DNA of 64,000 nt, taken from positions 5,022,001 to 5,086,000 of the forward strand of contig JBHGNT010000010.1 of NCBI GenBank assembly GCA_043228905.1, read 5' to 3'. Below are positions 46,901-59,609 of the stretch, in pieces. Source of the stretch: Azolla caroliniana (taxonomy: Eukaryota; Plantae; Polypodiophyta). The position numbers and the translations under genes were made by a program. Under the pieces are notes generated by a model that had not been told where the DNA came from, ran no database searches, and was given only the letters and a program-made list of their open reading frames with translations. The first letter of the stretch is position 1. The number at the start of each line of letters is the position of its first letter.

Positions 46901-49900
46901 ATTAGTAGAAGCAAATTTTCTAAAATGAGGGAGCCTAACGTATTGTGTATATTTATTCACTGGTTAGTAAAATCATTTATATGTGATTGTGTACATCTTG
47001 TATTTATACAATTTTTCAAGGGTTGTTTCGTTAATTTCAATTTCTTCATGGCTGAGTTAGTCAATCATGCTAGAAATTCAATGTGGTGCTTGTACTTTCT
47101 CTTCAGAATTCATAGGAATAGGGATGCCAAAACATATCCAATGTGTAGACTGGCAGTCAGTATTAATGTGTGTGTAGATAGATATATCTAGTTTCATGCT
47201 CTCATTCATTTGTTCATTCTCGCATTTATGTACTTAGGGAATTCACATGCTTTTGTTTTTATAAATGTTTATGCATGTATATGGTTGCATGGTCATGTAA
47301 ACGATAATTGATCCATTAGCACTCTTACTAAATATGTTCTTTTCTTCCAGGCATGTTTCCTAATCATATTCCTAACCCTGAGGACAAAGATGCAATGGCA
47401 GCTATCAAAAAGGCTGTTCTTGAACATGGTGCTGATTTGGGTATCATTTTTGATACAGATGTGGATAGGTTTGTCTAGTGTTAAAAAATGAATAACCACA
47501 ATATTCATGAGTTTCTCACTGTATTGGTTCATGAATCCCAAGGTTCATAAACCTTTGTTACATGATGCAGAGCTGCAGCAGTTGATTCGAATGGCAAGGA
47601 AATGAATCGAAATGGCTTGATAGCACTTTTATCGGCCATTGTCCTTGCAGAGGTTGAATTTTTATCCGTAATTGACATTATATTTGATTATACAAATGTA
47701 TGAAGGTACACATACTTAACACATTTAGTATGACAGCATCCGGGAACAACTATTGTCACTGATAGTGTTACTTCAGATGGTTTGAGCGCTTTCATTGAAT
47801 CCAAATTAGGTCAGTGGATAGTTTCATATCAGAAGTTCTCAAGATAGTGCCTACATGCCTACATCCTGTGCAAATCCTGTCACTTTGGTGTACTGACTCT
47901 TGATTTTCTTTTCAGGTGGCAAACATCATCGTTTCAAAAGGGGTTACAAGAACGTTATTGATGAAGGCATCCGTCTTGTATGTGTATAGGCAATTTCTTT
48001 TGTCAATCTTCATGTTTATTTAGCTAATGCTGTCCATGGTGTATCAAATTGAAGCTGTGTACAAGCAATTTAGAAACATATAAAAAAGATCATTCGTAAA
48101 GAACTTTCCATCCACAGATAGGGCATCCATGGATTGCTTCCCCATGCATGAAAATATATCTAGGCCAGGGCTTCCCAATGTTGCAGAACTGAGAATTGAT
48201 GTCCCAGATTCCTGTCATCTTGATTCACTTAGTTACCGTAAAGGTTAATCCCTGTGCTGCTGCACCCAGTCACAGATGCTTATAACCCCTAAGGATGAAA
48301 CATGTCTGTAGAGTTGAGCAGACTGTAGACATGTAACAAGTAAACACCTCTAGCATGCAATAGTTTATACTAGTGTTCTGCATTTTGCCATCCTTCTGTT
48401 TTGTGCCATCTGTCACACCCCAAAGTGGGGTCATAGATGCATTGGCTTGGTCTATAGATTGATGTCAATATCTTATGGATGTTATTGTCACATCTTTCTT
48501 GCCATTCTTCTTAAACAAAACACAAAGAAATGGGGATTGTATTTATATAGGGCTTAAAAAAGATGCAAAATATATTTGATGACATTGAAAGAGAAATCAT
48601 GTTTAGCACATTGTGTGCATAAATGAGTTTAGATAGGTGCTGTCTCGCAAAAAAGCTATGATCATGTTTAGCGCTAATACAGAGAGTTTTTGAGAGGGAT
48701 AGAAGCATAGTTGAATGGGAATGAAGGTAGGAACGAAAACAGTAATAGGAATTCAATGGGGGTAGTCTGCGAGGGAATAGTCTGAAAATACATTAGACTG
48801 CAGTGTAGCATGGAAGAAGGTAATATTGAGGAATTTCAGGTTTTTTCCCTCTGGTAAACTTTCCATGATAGATTTCTGGCACGAGGCTTGAACACATTCC
48901 CTTTCTGACTATGGATAGAACTCTCTAAAGGCTGTAATATAGCCACAATAATAGAATCTATGCACTATACTCACATTGAATGACATCCCTCATCATTATT
49001 ATTCAAGTCTACTGTAAAAGTTTATTGACCATCAAAATGTTATGATGCATCAGAGATGATGGTTATAAAAATGACTGATATGAATGGCAGCCGCGAGGAT
49101 ATTGGTTGCAATTTCAATAAATTAATAAGCATTTGGGGTTTGGAAATGATATGTGGGAGGCGTATGTGGGCTTAAGATACAATCAAGATTTGTCAGGCTT
49201 TCTAGGATCTGTGGTGCACATTATGTCTGTAAATCAGGCATTAGGGACTGAGAGAATATATCCAGGACGGCGAGGATATATGTCCAAATATTGGACATAC
49301 CCTTTTAAGATGATAGTTCTCAACATGTTGTATACCAGGGAGTTTTATTCTGTGTTCTTTCTGATTGTTGTACTTGCTAACAAATCTGAGTAAATGTAGT
49401 TCTTAACTGCAGTGGTTATTGCACATTCTCTGACTGTACAATGAGTTTTTCAGAATTCTGTTGGCCAAGAGTGCCATCTTGCAATTGAGACAAGTGGGCA
49501 TGGAGCTTTGAAGGAAAATTATTGGCTCGATGATGGAGCTTATTTAATGGTGAGCTCTGAAGCAACAGAGATTCACCTAAATTAACAAAGTAAAAAGATA
49601 ATTTAAGCTGAACAGCATGTAGCCATTTGTGTTGCTTGCATAGGTAAAATTGCTGATTAAGCTAGCCTCTGGGAAGGCAGCAGGACAGAACACTGGCAGC
49701 AAAGTTCTTACTGATTTGATCCAAGAACTTGAAGAACCAGATGTTTCTGTGGAATTACGATTCAAAATTGATCAAAATCATTCAGATCTCGCTGGGCGGT
49801 AAGCCAAATTTTATTTCTGATGACTCTTTGAAAAGATAACCATATTCAACAATGAGGTTTGAGTAATTGATTCTTATGGACATTTTTCTGAAAATTATTC

Positions 49901-50889
49901 TTGTTGAAGTGTTAGTTAGCTTCTCTTGTTGTCAAAATCCTGAAGGTAAAACTATGTTTCATGAATGCAGGAATTTTAAAGAATACGGGGAGGAAGTTCT
50001 AAAACGTTTGGTTTTGGTGGCAGAGTCGGATCCAAATCTGACAAAAGCACCTGTTAATTATGAGGGGGTAGGTAAACCCATTTTTGAAAGATATTATTTT
50101 TACATGCATATACAGCTTAATATTAATACTAAAACTGCAGGTTAGAGTGTCATGCTATGGAGGCTGGTTTTTGTTAAGACTATCTCTTCATGATCCAGTT
50201 CTCCCCTTGAATATTGAGGTGTGCTTTTCCCTTAATTAAAATTAATAACATTGTAAATTTTTCTTAACTGTAACCCAAGAAACTCAATGCAGGAAATATT
50301 GTTGTTTTAGGTTTATAAGAAACTCAATATAATAGAAGATTAATCACTGAACACCAACAATGCATGAAGATGCTGTAAATTTGGAGTCTAGGCAACTTCA
50401 AGTCTTAGTAAAAGGATTTTCAGATCTTTGAGTTTTTTGGGTTTCTTACATTTTTGAGTTTTTTTCAGCATTCATTTTGCCTTTGAAAATAAATTTATTT
50501 GTTTGAAAACAAATGCCCAATTGACCACTTGGTAAGTGTCTTGGGCTTTGAGTGAAGTCAGTTATAAGTTACTGATCTTCTGTTGGATAGGAACCCGACC
50601 TTGAATAGTTTTTGAAGTGTAAATTCTGGGAATTGCTTCTTTCTATAGGACCTTAATTTACCTTGGGAATTCCTCGCTTTTATAATCCTCATACATCAGT
50701 AAGACTTGGACTACAAAATAATTGTGTAAAAATGACAAAAAAATACTCGGTTTTGATATTTTGAATGTTCTTCAGGCATCATCACCTGAAGCTGCTGCAA
50801 AAATTGCGATTGTTGTTTTGTCTGCTGTAAAGGATTTCAAAGCATTGGATGTAAAGCCATTAGAGAAGTATCTTCAAACTGCAAATTAA
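37971..50889 (+). CDS. Alpha-D-phosphohexomutase (phosphoglucomutase/phosphomannomutase/GlmM family), At5g17530-like, ~601 aa, probable transit peptide
   Basis: GT-AG exons with consistent phases: 37971-37983, 38078-38097, 38310-38460, 39456-39522, 39617-39800, 45521-45573, 45699-45787, 45904-46131, 46211-46275, 46358-46418, 47351-47468, 47571-47652, 47737-47809, 47916-47977, 49454-49549, 49644-49798, 49971-50067, 50141-50218, 50776-50889. Motifs LQNGSDIRG, GHDSR, TASHLPYNRNGFK (catalytic Ser), FDTDVDR (metal loop), IETSGH. The first three exons are less certain. Confidence 0.93.
39085..39379. repeat. 110-bp intronic tandem repeat (~2.5 copies)
   Basis: GCTATCTTTA at 39111, 39221 and 39331. 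Confidence 0.9.
40705..42392 (-). mobile_element. 5'-truncated LINE (RTE/RTE-X-like) in PGM intron 5
   Basis: RT CPLSPTLFGL..LLYADIVL..LQRHL..INMDKTEMM, then YLGV, LLYGVETWG and a C-terminal C/H motif (HYVCHC). Frameshifted. Confidence 0.88.
42450..43650 (-). mobile_element. Second, more decayed LINE of the same family
   Basis: ETWGPSL and GALERQ motifs. 42780-42860 aligns by eye with 41040-41120 (KV.EYEDQ..LG). Contains a 103-bp duplication. Confidence 0.7.
42898..43107. repeat. 103-bp tandem duplication
   Basis: CAATCTCAAT at 42901 and 43004. Confidence 0.9.
43860..44107. repeat. ~129-bp tandem duplication
   Basis: GTCATATCACC at 43861 and 43990. Confidence 0.9.
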
Positions 50890-51963
50890 CAAAAGAGAAA
50901 TTTGGAAGGAACTCAGAATTATGATCTGAAGAGATGACGCTTACAAGCATAGTATTTGAAACAGCCAAGAAGAAGACTATGGCATCATGCCGTTGTCCTG
51001 ATTAAAGCAGTTAGTCCTGAGGAAATTTTTTTGTGCAGTCAGTTGGGTTGATGGAACCACTGAAATTTATGTAATCATTGTAAGAAATTGAGTTTCCATA
51101 ATAAAAAGTACCAAGGTTTATCCACATGAGTATCTATAAAACCAACCTGATGAATGGAAAGTTTTTCCTAATCACGTGTCACCAACCTGTGGTACCGTGC
51201 AAAAACAATACCTGTATATCTTAAGTGGATGCAATTAACTTCTTGCAGATTTTGATGGAGCTGAGTCTGGAGTTTTGTCTCCATGCTACAGTGCATGTAC
51301 AATGAGAAAAAATGTTACAGAGCATAATGTGCCGTTCCAAAACAAGAATTAAATTAACTGGCCAGTAGTACTGTAACAAAGGTCAGGTGATAACTTGCTT
51401 GTCCAAGTTAAGAATTAAATCTACCAAGTCAGAGCAATTTAGAGAATTTTCTTCAAAGGCCTTTATATTCATTTCAATTGATATGTGTTGGCTGTGTTCG
51501 TATAGGATCCATCAATTATTTGTTCTCAGAAATGCATTATTGAAAGATATTGGGAACATTGGGAACTTGGGAACTCAAATTGTTATAAATTGTAAACAAA
51601 TCAATGATTAAATATCAAAGCACATGGGATGTACATTAATGTCAAAGCTGTTTGTGCTACTAGAATCGAATGCACATCAAGGGGAATAGAGTAGGAATTG
51701 CTCTACATCAGAATCATCTGACTGTTCGAGGTCTATGACAGATGCAAACTGCTTGCAGGAAGTTTTAACTCTGGGTTCGTGATGTAATGAGAATAAAATG
51801 TATTCACAATATTTCTTTACAGTAACCAGCCATAGGTACATTACAATTTTAAACGAATTCCATTTCAATTTGTGAATCCAATTTACAATGAGGGTTAATG
51901 ATAGCTGTGATGTGTTAACTATTCCCGATGAGGATTGACAAGTTATTGCAGTAGCCCCAATGC

Positions 51964-54900
51964 TTATACCATTCCCAATTCAATTTGTGATATGGGTTGC
52001 TTAGGCAATCTAGCATCTTCCATGTAGCCATGTAAAAGGAAATCACTACAGTTCTTTTGGAACCCTTGATCGTATGGATTGTAAAATTTCCCATCTTCTC
52101 CTTTCAAGTAGCTGTAGCGCATTGCGTTTGATCGCTCATTGGTTGTGATATTGCGTGCTATCTGCAGATTGGGAAAATGTCATTGTTGAAGTATGCAAAA
52201 AAGCCATTGATAATGTGATTATTTGATTACCTGGGTTGCCTGAATTGTCATCAAGGTAGCAGCGCCACAGAATATCAAAATATCAACTATAAGGAAAGTT
52301 AAAATACCAATGTGATGTGTACTGATATAGTGGAGCCAGGCAAACCCTGATGAAGAAGCACCGGTAGCTGTCCAGATTCCTGAAAAGCATGTAGTTATCA
52401 TGTCAATTAATGATAAAGTCTGTTTCCATTGAATAGATGGACTTCGCTAGTAGAAAGTACTTTGAATAGTTATAATCACACTAAGAAGAATGCCAGTAGT
52501 TTCCAAGCATATGTATACAAAAAAATCCCATTTGTTCTTCTGCATCCAACAAGTCCAAATTAGCAAGCCTCCATTAAATGTTGGGAAAAAACAAGGCTCA
52601 TGATGATTGTTTAATAATAATAGTAAGAATTCATCTGAGAATGACAATACGAATTCTCATTTGCCTCATTACACCCAGCTCGTGCTATTCTCTAACAAGC
52701 ATGGAACATTAACTAGACAAGTACATGTTCTACTACATTCTTCACCTTCACTTTACCTTTCCAACACAATTAGAAATCCATGGGCAATGGTGATCAAACT
52801 GTTCCACGCATCTATTACATGATGAACAATGCTTGGACCGTAGAGGCCTTATAACCTGCAACAAGATGAGAGTAGAGTAAAACCAAGCTGAAGATGAAAC
52901 CTGAAGCATAGAGAATAAGATTACGTCATAGACCTTGCAAGTTGGACATAATTGGGACCAATGTCCTGCCCAAACAGCTGGATTGCGGAATTCACTTTTT
53001 AGCAAAGATTGCTGCATTACAGAGTAGCTTAGTAACAAAATTCTCAAGTCAATTTATTTTGTTACAGTTTATGACAGCTTTCATGGAACAACTTGATGCA
53101 GTCAAACAAACTAACGTCTGCGAGGGGGTGAAAACCTAATACTACTGAGTGATGAGTCATGAAAAAACTTTTATGAATACAGAATGATAATTTTCTTATG
53201 CAAAAATCATGTACGTGATTAGCAACTGCAGGGATAACTGTCAATTGTAGAATGCTGTACCATTTCTATCTTGATTCACAACTGATAAGAGTACAATATA
53301 TGATTAATCGATGTGGACATGAAGCTACACCTAAATCTGGAAGTAAACTTCCTATCTTATGGCCAGGACCAAATGACCTACACATTTCATCATGTTCAAT
53401 TGACATCCTAGAAAATCACCCCACAAAGATCTATGCCAACAAGGGATGTCTTTCAAGATCCAGAGCATCTGTCGATGCATATTAAACATGACAATTGATG
53501 AAGTACATCATGCTGCGTCCCGCTTCAAAATTACTGGGGTAATCTGAACTTAGTAAATGTGTCATAGAAATTGAATGATGGAAAACATTGAAAGCATATT
53601 GTAGCATGCCATTGCTCTCAAGCGTCAAAGGAACTACAATATAAGAAAACAACTCGTTCAACAAAAAAAATACCCTCATGTATTTTCAACCTATAATATT
53701 ATAATAAGTGCAACAGGCCACTTTCCACTTGGGATATTGTTTGAATATATTCATTGAGATTAAGAACCTTAATCTCAGTTGAGATTATACATAGAGGGAT
53801 TGCTTAAGACCAAGAAATCTGCTTCTTCTGACCTTGAAGGCAGTGAAATAAAGTCTGTATATTTATGATTGCTATTTTTAGATTAGTAGAACACTCACCT
53901 CTTTTTAGGCAGAAAATTTGGTCCTTTTACATTATGATCATATACGCACCTTTGAAGTGCTAGTAACAATCGGCAACGGTTTGAACCGAACCGAACCGCG
54001 ACTTAACGGTTTAAACGGTTCGGTTCAGGTTCAGGTTTTTTTAAACAGTTTGGTTTCAGCAGTTGGAAACCGTGGTTTTAACGGTTTAACAGGTTTTTTT
54101 TTTAAAATTTAGAATTTGCTTTTAAACAATCTTTTCATTTTTAGACCTTATCCTCACATTTTAGGAACATCTTTAAAATCTTTAAAATTTTAAAAATTTT
54201 TAATTAAATTTTGACTTAAGTTGAAAACCGAAACCAAACCATGAAACCCCGATTTTAACAGTTTGAAAAAAATTTAACAGTTCGGTTTAATGGTTTCGTG
54301 GTTGGGTTTGGTTCAGGTTTCAAAATCTTTAAACGGTTCAGTTTTGACCCTCTCAAACTGAACTGAACCATTGGCGATTGTTGAGTGCTAGAAGCACTGA
54401 GCATGAAATGGGTATTTCAGGCTGCTTCCAGTTGTGGAACCCATGTAACAGTGCCCATAAAGTTTATTGTTTTTTATCATCTTCCATCCTTTCACTATGA
54501 TTTATCATATATTTTGGCTAGTGTACTCCTGTGACTAGTCTCAATTTTTCAGTCGTTATACAAGATCTCCATTGAAGTTTCAAAAGTGCTCATGCAATTA
54601 TATTTCAACATAGATGTTGCAGTATATTATCATATGTTGAATATTTAATGTAATTCTACATGTTTTAACCTTCTAAATATCAATCCCCTAGTTAAGTCTC
54701 TGAAAGGAAATGCTGAACCGCTTTTTTCCACAATCCTTGTTTCAATGTTTCCAAACTGCACACTATAATAGATTTAAGTAATATATAATTGGACTGCAAG
54801 TTTCCAGATTAAAGTTATGGCAGCATTGCCTCGATAAAATATAAATTGGATAACATACTACTAACCTTATCATTTTGATCTTGCATTTGAACATTGCAGA

Positions 54901-57900
54901 CGTCAATGTATCCAGGATCATTGCTATAGCACAAACGGCACACGTGATCAAAAGGAAAAGCATAACTTCTTACACAAAGAAAAGTAAAAACGAGATAATT
55001 ATTTATGATTTTCAAAACAGGTCTACAATAACTACATTTAGGATGGCTCAGTACAGCAAACGGAAGTAAACAATAATGTTACCATACACCACCCTTTAAA
55101 CAGAAAACAGCATCTGGGAAATCAATGCCAAAACAATCATGATGCAAACAAATATCTCATAAACTATACTTCAGAAACAATGGAGTCATACTTGTGATCT
55201 ATATGCTTTAGATTGTTTGCTCAGACTCAAAGTGATACCTGCTGCATCTATATAACAGAATAAGTCCAGTTGTTGCAAGAAAAACAGATAACCAGGCCAA
55301 GGCTCCAACAGTTGCTGATATCGTGAAAAGATGGGATGCTGTAGAGAGAAGAGTATGATTGGAAATCTAATAACTAACAGTAACTTGAAGCCCATACACA
55401 ACCAATGAAAGAAAAACTCACAGATAATGACGGAGTTAATATATATTACAATCATTGAAATGTTCACGACCCAGAGAATTGGAACTAATCCCAACTTTTT
55501 TATCCTTCCTAGGGGACTTTTATCATCTCCACGATTCTTTAAGACTCTTTCTGCATTTGACTGCAAAGTAAGCATACGGAAGTCAACTGCTTGTTTAAGT
55601 GTATAAATCCTGTACAACATTTGCAATATTCATTGTGTACTTACAAATAAGATGACCAACCTCTTATGGCCACTGTCAGATGCAAGTTGTTTTGGTGTAC
55701 ACCCACTTTTGTCAGTGACCATGAGATCTTCCATGGTACCCGCTTGAGCTAGTACTGTGCACGCTTCTATATTCCCTCCTATTGCTGCCCAATGCAAAGG
55801 AGTGCAACCTGCTTCTTGAAAAGTTAAGCCTCATGGGAACCAGCATGTATAAAATGTTCAATTACAATTGAAATGATCTAATATCTACCTTCTTTATCTT
55901 TCCGAGACTTATCGGCATCCATAAACAAGAGTAAACGAACAATATCAGGAAATCCTTTGTAGGCAGCCCTACATTTAAAATTTTATATAAAACAAATTCC
56001 AAAGAGATGTGTTATTGTTCATTGATACAACAAGCAATAGCCAATAGAAACACATTATAACTTAAAGTGTACTACCAATGAAGAGGGCTCCTTCCATCAT
56101 TATCCGGAGCATCAATATCAGCACCCCAATTTGTTATCATATGATATAGTAAATTAATTTGTCCATATTGAGCAGCAATATGAATTGCCTAGAAGAAACA
56201 AGGGGACATTTCAACACATGAATCGCCAAATCCATTACATCTTAGACTCCATTTTAATGAGCATTAGGGAAAAAGGAAAGATAGATGAAAAGTCAATTTA
56301 TGGATGTATGAAAAAATGCTTTTACATCTTTTAAAAAGTTAATAAAGCTTCATATGCTTAACATGAAAACAAATATTTCCTAGAGACTCAAAACGTAATT
56401 TCTTCCTTTTCTGATTCTTTGTTTCTTCTTGTATTAGTAACTATGGTGAGTATTAACTAGTGTTCCGAAGAACATAAGGAAAAGAGGCAGAAAAAACATC
56501 ATTAATGTATGCACTTCACCTTCATGATCCATACAGTGAATCTGAAACCATCACAATTTGCTCACCAAGAAAACCCTCTCCCGCTAAACACCCCAAATAT
56601 CCCAAGGCAAAAGTAACTAGATATTGCAATCTGCCATGTCCAACAAAGTTTCTCTAGAAAGGAATATGCAATAAGAAGAAAATGCAAGTTGAGATAGAAT
56701 CTTAAAATACCCAAAAGATAGGCTTTAGAACAAGAGGAAAGGAAACTGGACTAAAGTTAAATTATTGTAGACAATGGTTAAATTACAGAACCCAAAAAGG
56801 CTAGCTGCCTTAAAACATCATAAAAAACATTTGACAATTGAAGTGCATCCTAGCATACAAATGATATCTGAAAATCGATTTGATAATGACATTCTTAGCC
56901 TGAGTATCTGTGGTCCAAAGAATTATTGAACTGAGAACAAATGTAATTCAGCACTATCTCGTGGATAATAGAGATTACTACCTCTATGTCACATCCAGTA
57001 AGAAGTAGTGTAGCAATCAATACAAGCAACATCTGGTAAGCCACAACCAATAAATATACAAGCTTCTGATAAATAGACAGAATAGCAAGCTTGCACATCC
57101 AGCAAGAGGTAATGTTACAATCAATAGCAAGTATCATCTGGTAAGCCAACCACAATAAATGCACAGAGAATCAATGAGCAAAGCTTATGCTGAGCACACT
57201 GGATGGATGGTTGAACCTGTCTGAATTTACAAAGAAGTCAGAACATCAATGCCAGCTTGAAGCCAGGATAACGGCAATTCTAGCCTGGCAATAACCAAGT
57301 GAAACCATTTGAAGAGCGTCAAGTACGGCAATTGCAAAGGACTTCCTCCAGTTGATACTTTGATATTAGACTTCTATTTCACAAATATTTCTTTTTTGTT
57401 CAGCAGTCAGTCCATACAAGAACACAAGATCCATGTTGTAATATATGACTTTCAACTGTTGGCAAGATCGTTACCACATTCTCTACATACGAAAAAAACA
57501 TGGAACGGTTTTCTAGGAAACATTGGATGCATGTCCTTTCTCCCTCCATATTGCTTGTGTGATCAAATATTTGTCGTTTAATGTGCAAGGGTAAGTGCAT
57601 CTTTGTCTGAATCACTGGTCTCCACTACAATCCCAGTCCTGCATAAGAGCATGAATACTCAAGTAAGATCATGAGCACTGATACATCTTGAAGATGAATC
57701 CGTGGATAGCTTCTTAGTAGATTTCCTTCAATTCAGACATCTGAACATGAGCTGGACCACGGAGAAAAAGCAATGTCCACAGGATCCAGAATTATTTGTC
57801 TAACAAAGAACTATGTCCCGAGTTAGGGAGACAAGGATCTATGGATGCAACTTTACTTCAACTCATGTTTGCATGTCCATACTGAAAACTGGAAAAGCTA

Positions 57901-59427
57901 GGTTGCCTTTATGATCTTTTCAAAATATATCATCCTCATTAACTTACAAAAGTTGAAACTTTCAGAAAAATAACGGAGATCTTAACAGAGACTGCTGGTT
58001 CCGAGATATATACTCTTGTTATTGCACATCAGATAAAGTTGCTGCCTATAATAAAGAGGAAGAAAGTATGCATATCTTTCTTTCCTGGAGAAGTGCTCCA
58101 AAAGTTTTGTTTATCTATTGATCCGATGTTAACAAGCTTGTCAAAGGATGAGAAGCACAAAATTTAAATCAATACTGAGTTACAAACTTATTGTGATGTT
58201 ATCACATATTGAATCTTCAAGGGGGATTGGTGGGGAGGTACTCCTAGACGAGCAAACCAATTATTGGTAAAACACAAGAATTCTTATGTTCCTCTATGCT
58301 TCAAGGAAATAGTGATAGAATGCTGGGGAGGTGATTTTATTATGTTCTTTGGCATTTGCATTAACACCTACCAAAAGATATTGATACAATGATCAGATGA
58401 AAACATCAACAGGGACCAGCTATGAAATAACATAACTATATAGAAAAAAATCTGAGTTGGCTTCAAGTTTTTATATTTCCTCAAATACCTGTATTGAACC
58501 CCCCTCTCAAGAAATTTATGCATTTATATTATCAATTCGTCCACTCTTTTTGTTTCCAAGGAAAAACAAAAGGTCATTTAAAGAAATAACGATAGACTCT
58601 GGGGCATTCTGGAGTTTCACCTTTGATAAAAATTAACAAAGGTAGACATGAAATTAAATTCTATCCGGAATATCTCACCCGATATCCATGTGAATCAGCA
58701 CATTCGATCCGGGCTCCATTCTGCAACAATAGATCGGCAACTGGAACGGAGCCACAAACTGCAGCCCAATGTAACGCAGTCTGTTCTGAATGATCACGGG
58801 CATTCACGGCTGCTCCATGCTGCGCCAAACCAAGAAAACGACATAACAGGAAAGACAATGAGAAAAACCTACAAATTTCTTCTACATATAACAAGAATGG
58901 CATATTCCATGCAGATAAACAGGTGTCTTCTACAGATAAAAAAAAGGAACCGATAAATTTCTTCTACAGATAAAATGAAACCCAATTTGCATACAGCAAA
59001 AAAAACCAAAAAAATCTTTGATAGAATGCATGAGGAAAACCAGATACATAAGAAGAAGAAGAAGAAGAAAGACCTAAGAAGTTTTACTTGCCTGAAGAAG
59101 GTAATGGGCAGCTTCAAAACGACCATTTAGAGCAGACCATTGAAGAGGGTAGTAACCACCACCATCGGGGAGAGACACTTGGCATCCCGCAGCCTCGACA
59201 AAGCTGCGAAGCTTCTCCATATCTCCACTAGAAGATGCTGCGGACAAGTCATTGGCATTGTGATTACTGCTGCTGCTGCTGCTGCTGTTAGAGAGATTAA
59301 GACTGATCAAAGGTTCTTCCGTCTCCTTCTCCTTCTCATTGTCTTTGTCTTTGTCTTTCACCTCCATCCTCTCCTTCAGCTGCAGATGAAGGTCCCTACC
59401 AATCACTTCGATCTCGGACAGCTCCAT
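51964..59427 (-). CDS. Ankyrin-repeat DHHC protein S-acyltransferase (PAT23/PAT24-TIP1 clade), ~577 aa
   Basis: Exons 59092-59427, 58679-58819, 56076-56188, 55889-55968, 55645-55808, 55422-55560, 55239-55338, 54866-54923, 52934-53011, 52757-52855, 52461-52539, 52231-52379, 51964-52161; phases consistent. Ankyrin motifs TALHWAA, SPLHWAAY, TPLHWAA; DPGY; [26 protein letters not shown]; NITTNE; NPYD. Confidence 0.95.
53964..54383. mobile_element. Complete 420-bp hAT-type MITE in PAT intron 8
   Basis: TIRs TAACAATCGGCAACGGTT / AACCATTGGCGATTGTTG. Perfect 8-bp TSD AGTGCTAG (53956-53963 / 54384-54391). AAACCG subterminal repeats. Confidence 0.92.
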
Positions 59428-59535
59428 CGGAGGGGCAATCCACAGAAAGCTGAATATATGAAATCTATCTGTAAAATTCGCTCCTGATCTACAGAACAAC
59501 TTGGCATGTGCATAAAACAGAACAGAGTTTGTTGG

Positions 59536-59537
<2 letters not shown>

Positions 59538-59609
<72 letters not shown>
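59538..59609. repeat. (TG)n(AG)n microsatellite upstream of the PAT start
   Basis: Seen directly; a second (CT)n(TG)n tract lies at ~59723-59773. Confidence 0.95.

Noticed and set aside
48560-49330. Possible further decayed LINE pieces in introns (also ~38670-39080 and ~57600-58100)
   Set aside because: Only vague similarity; no diagnostic motif can be read by eye.
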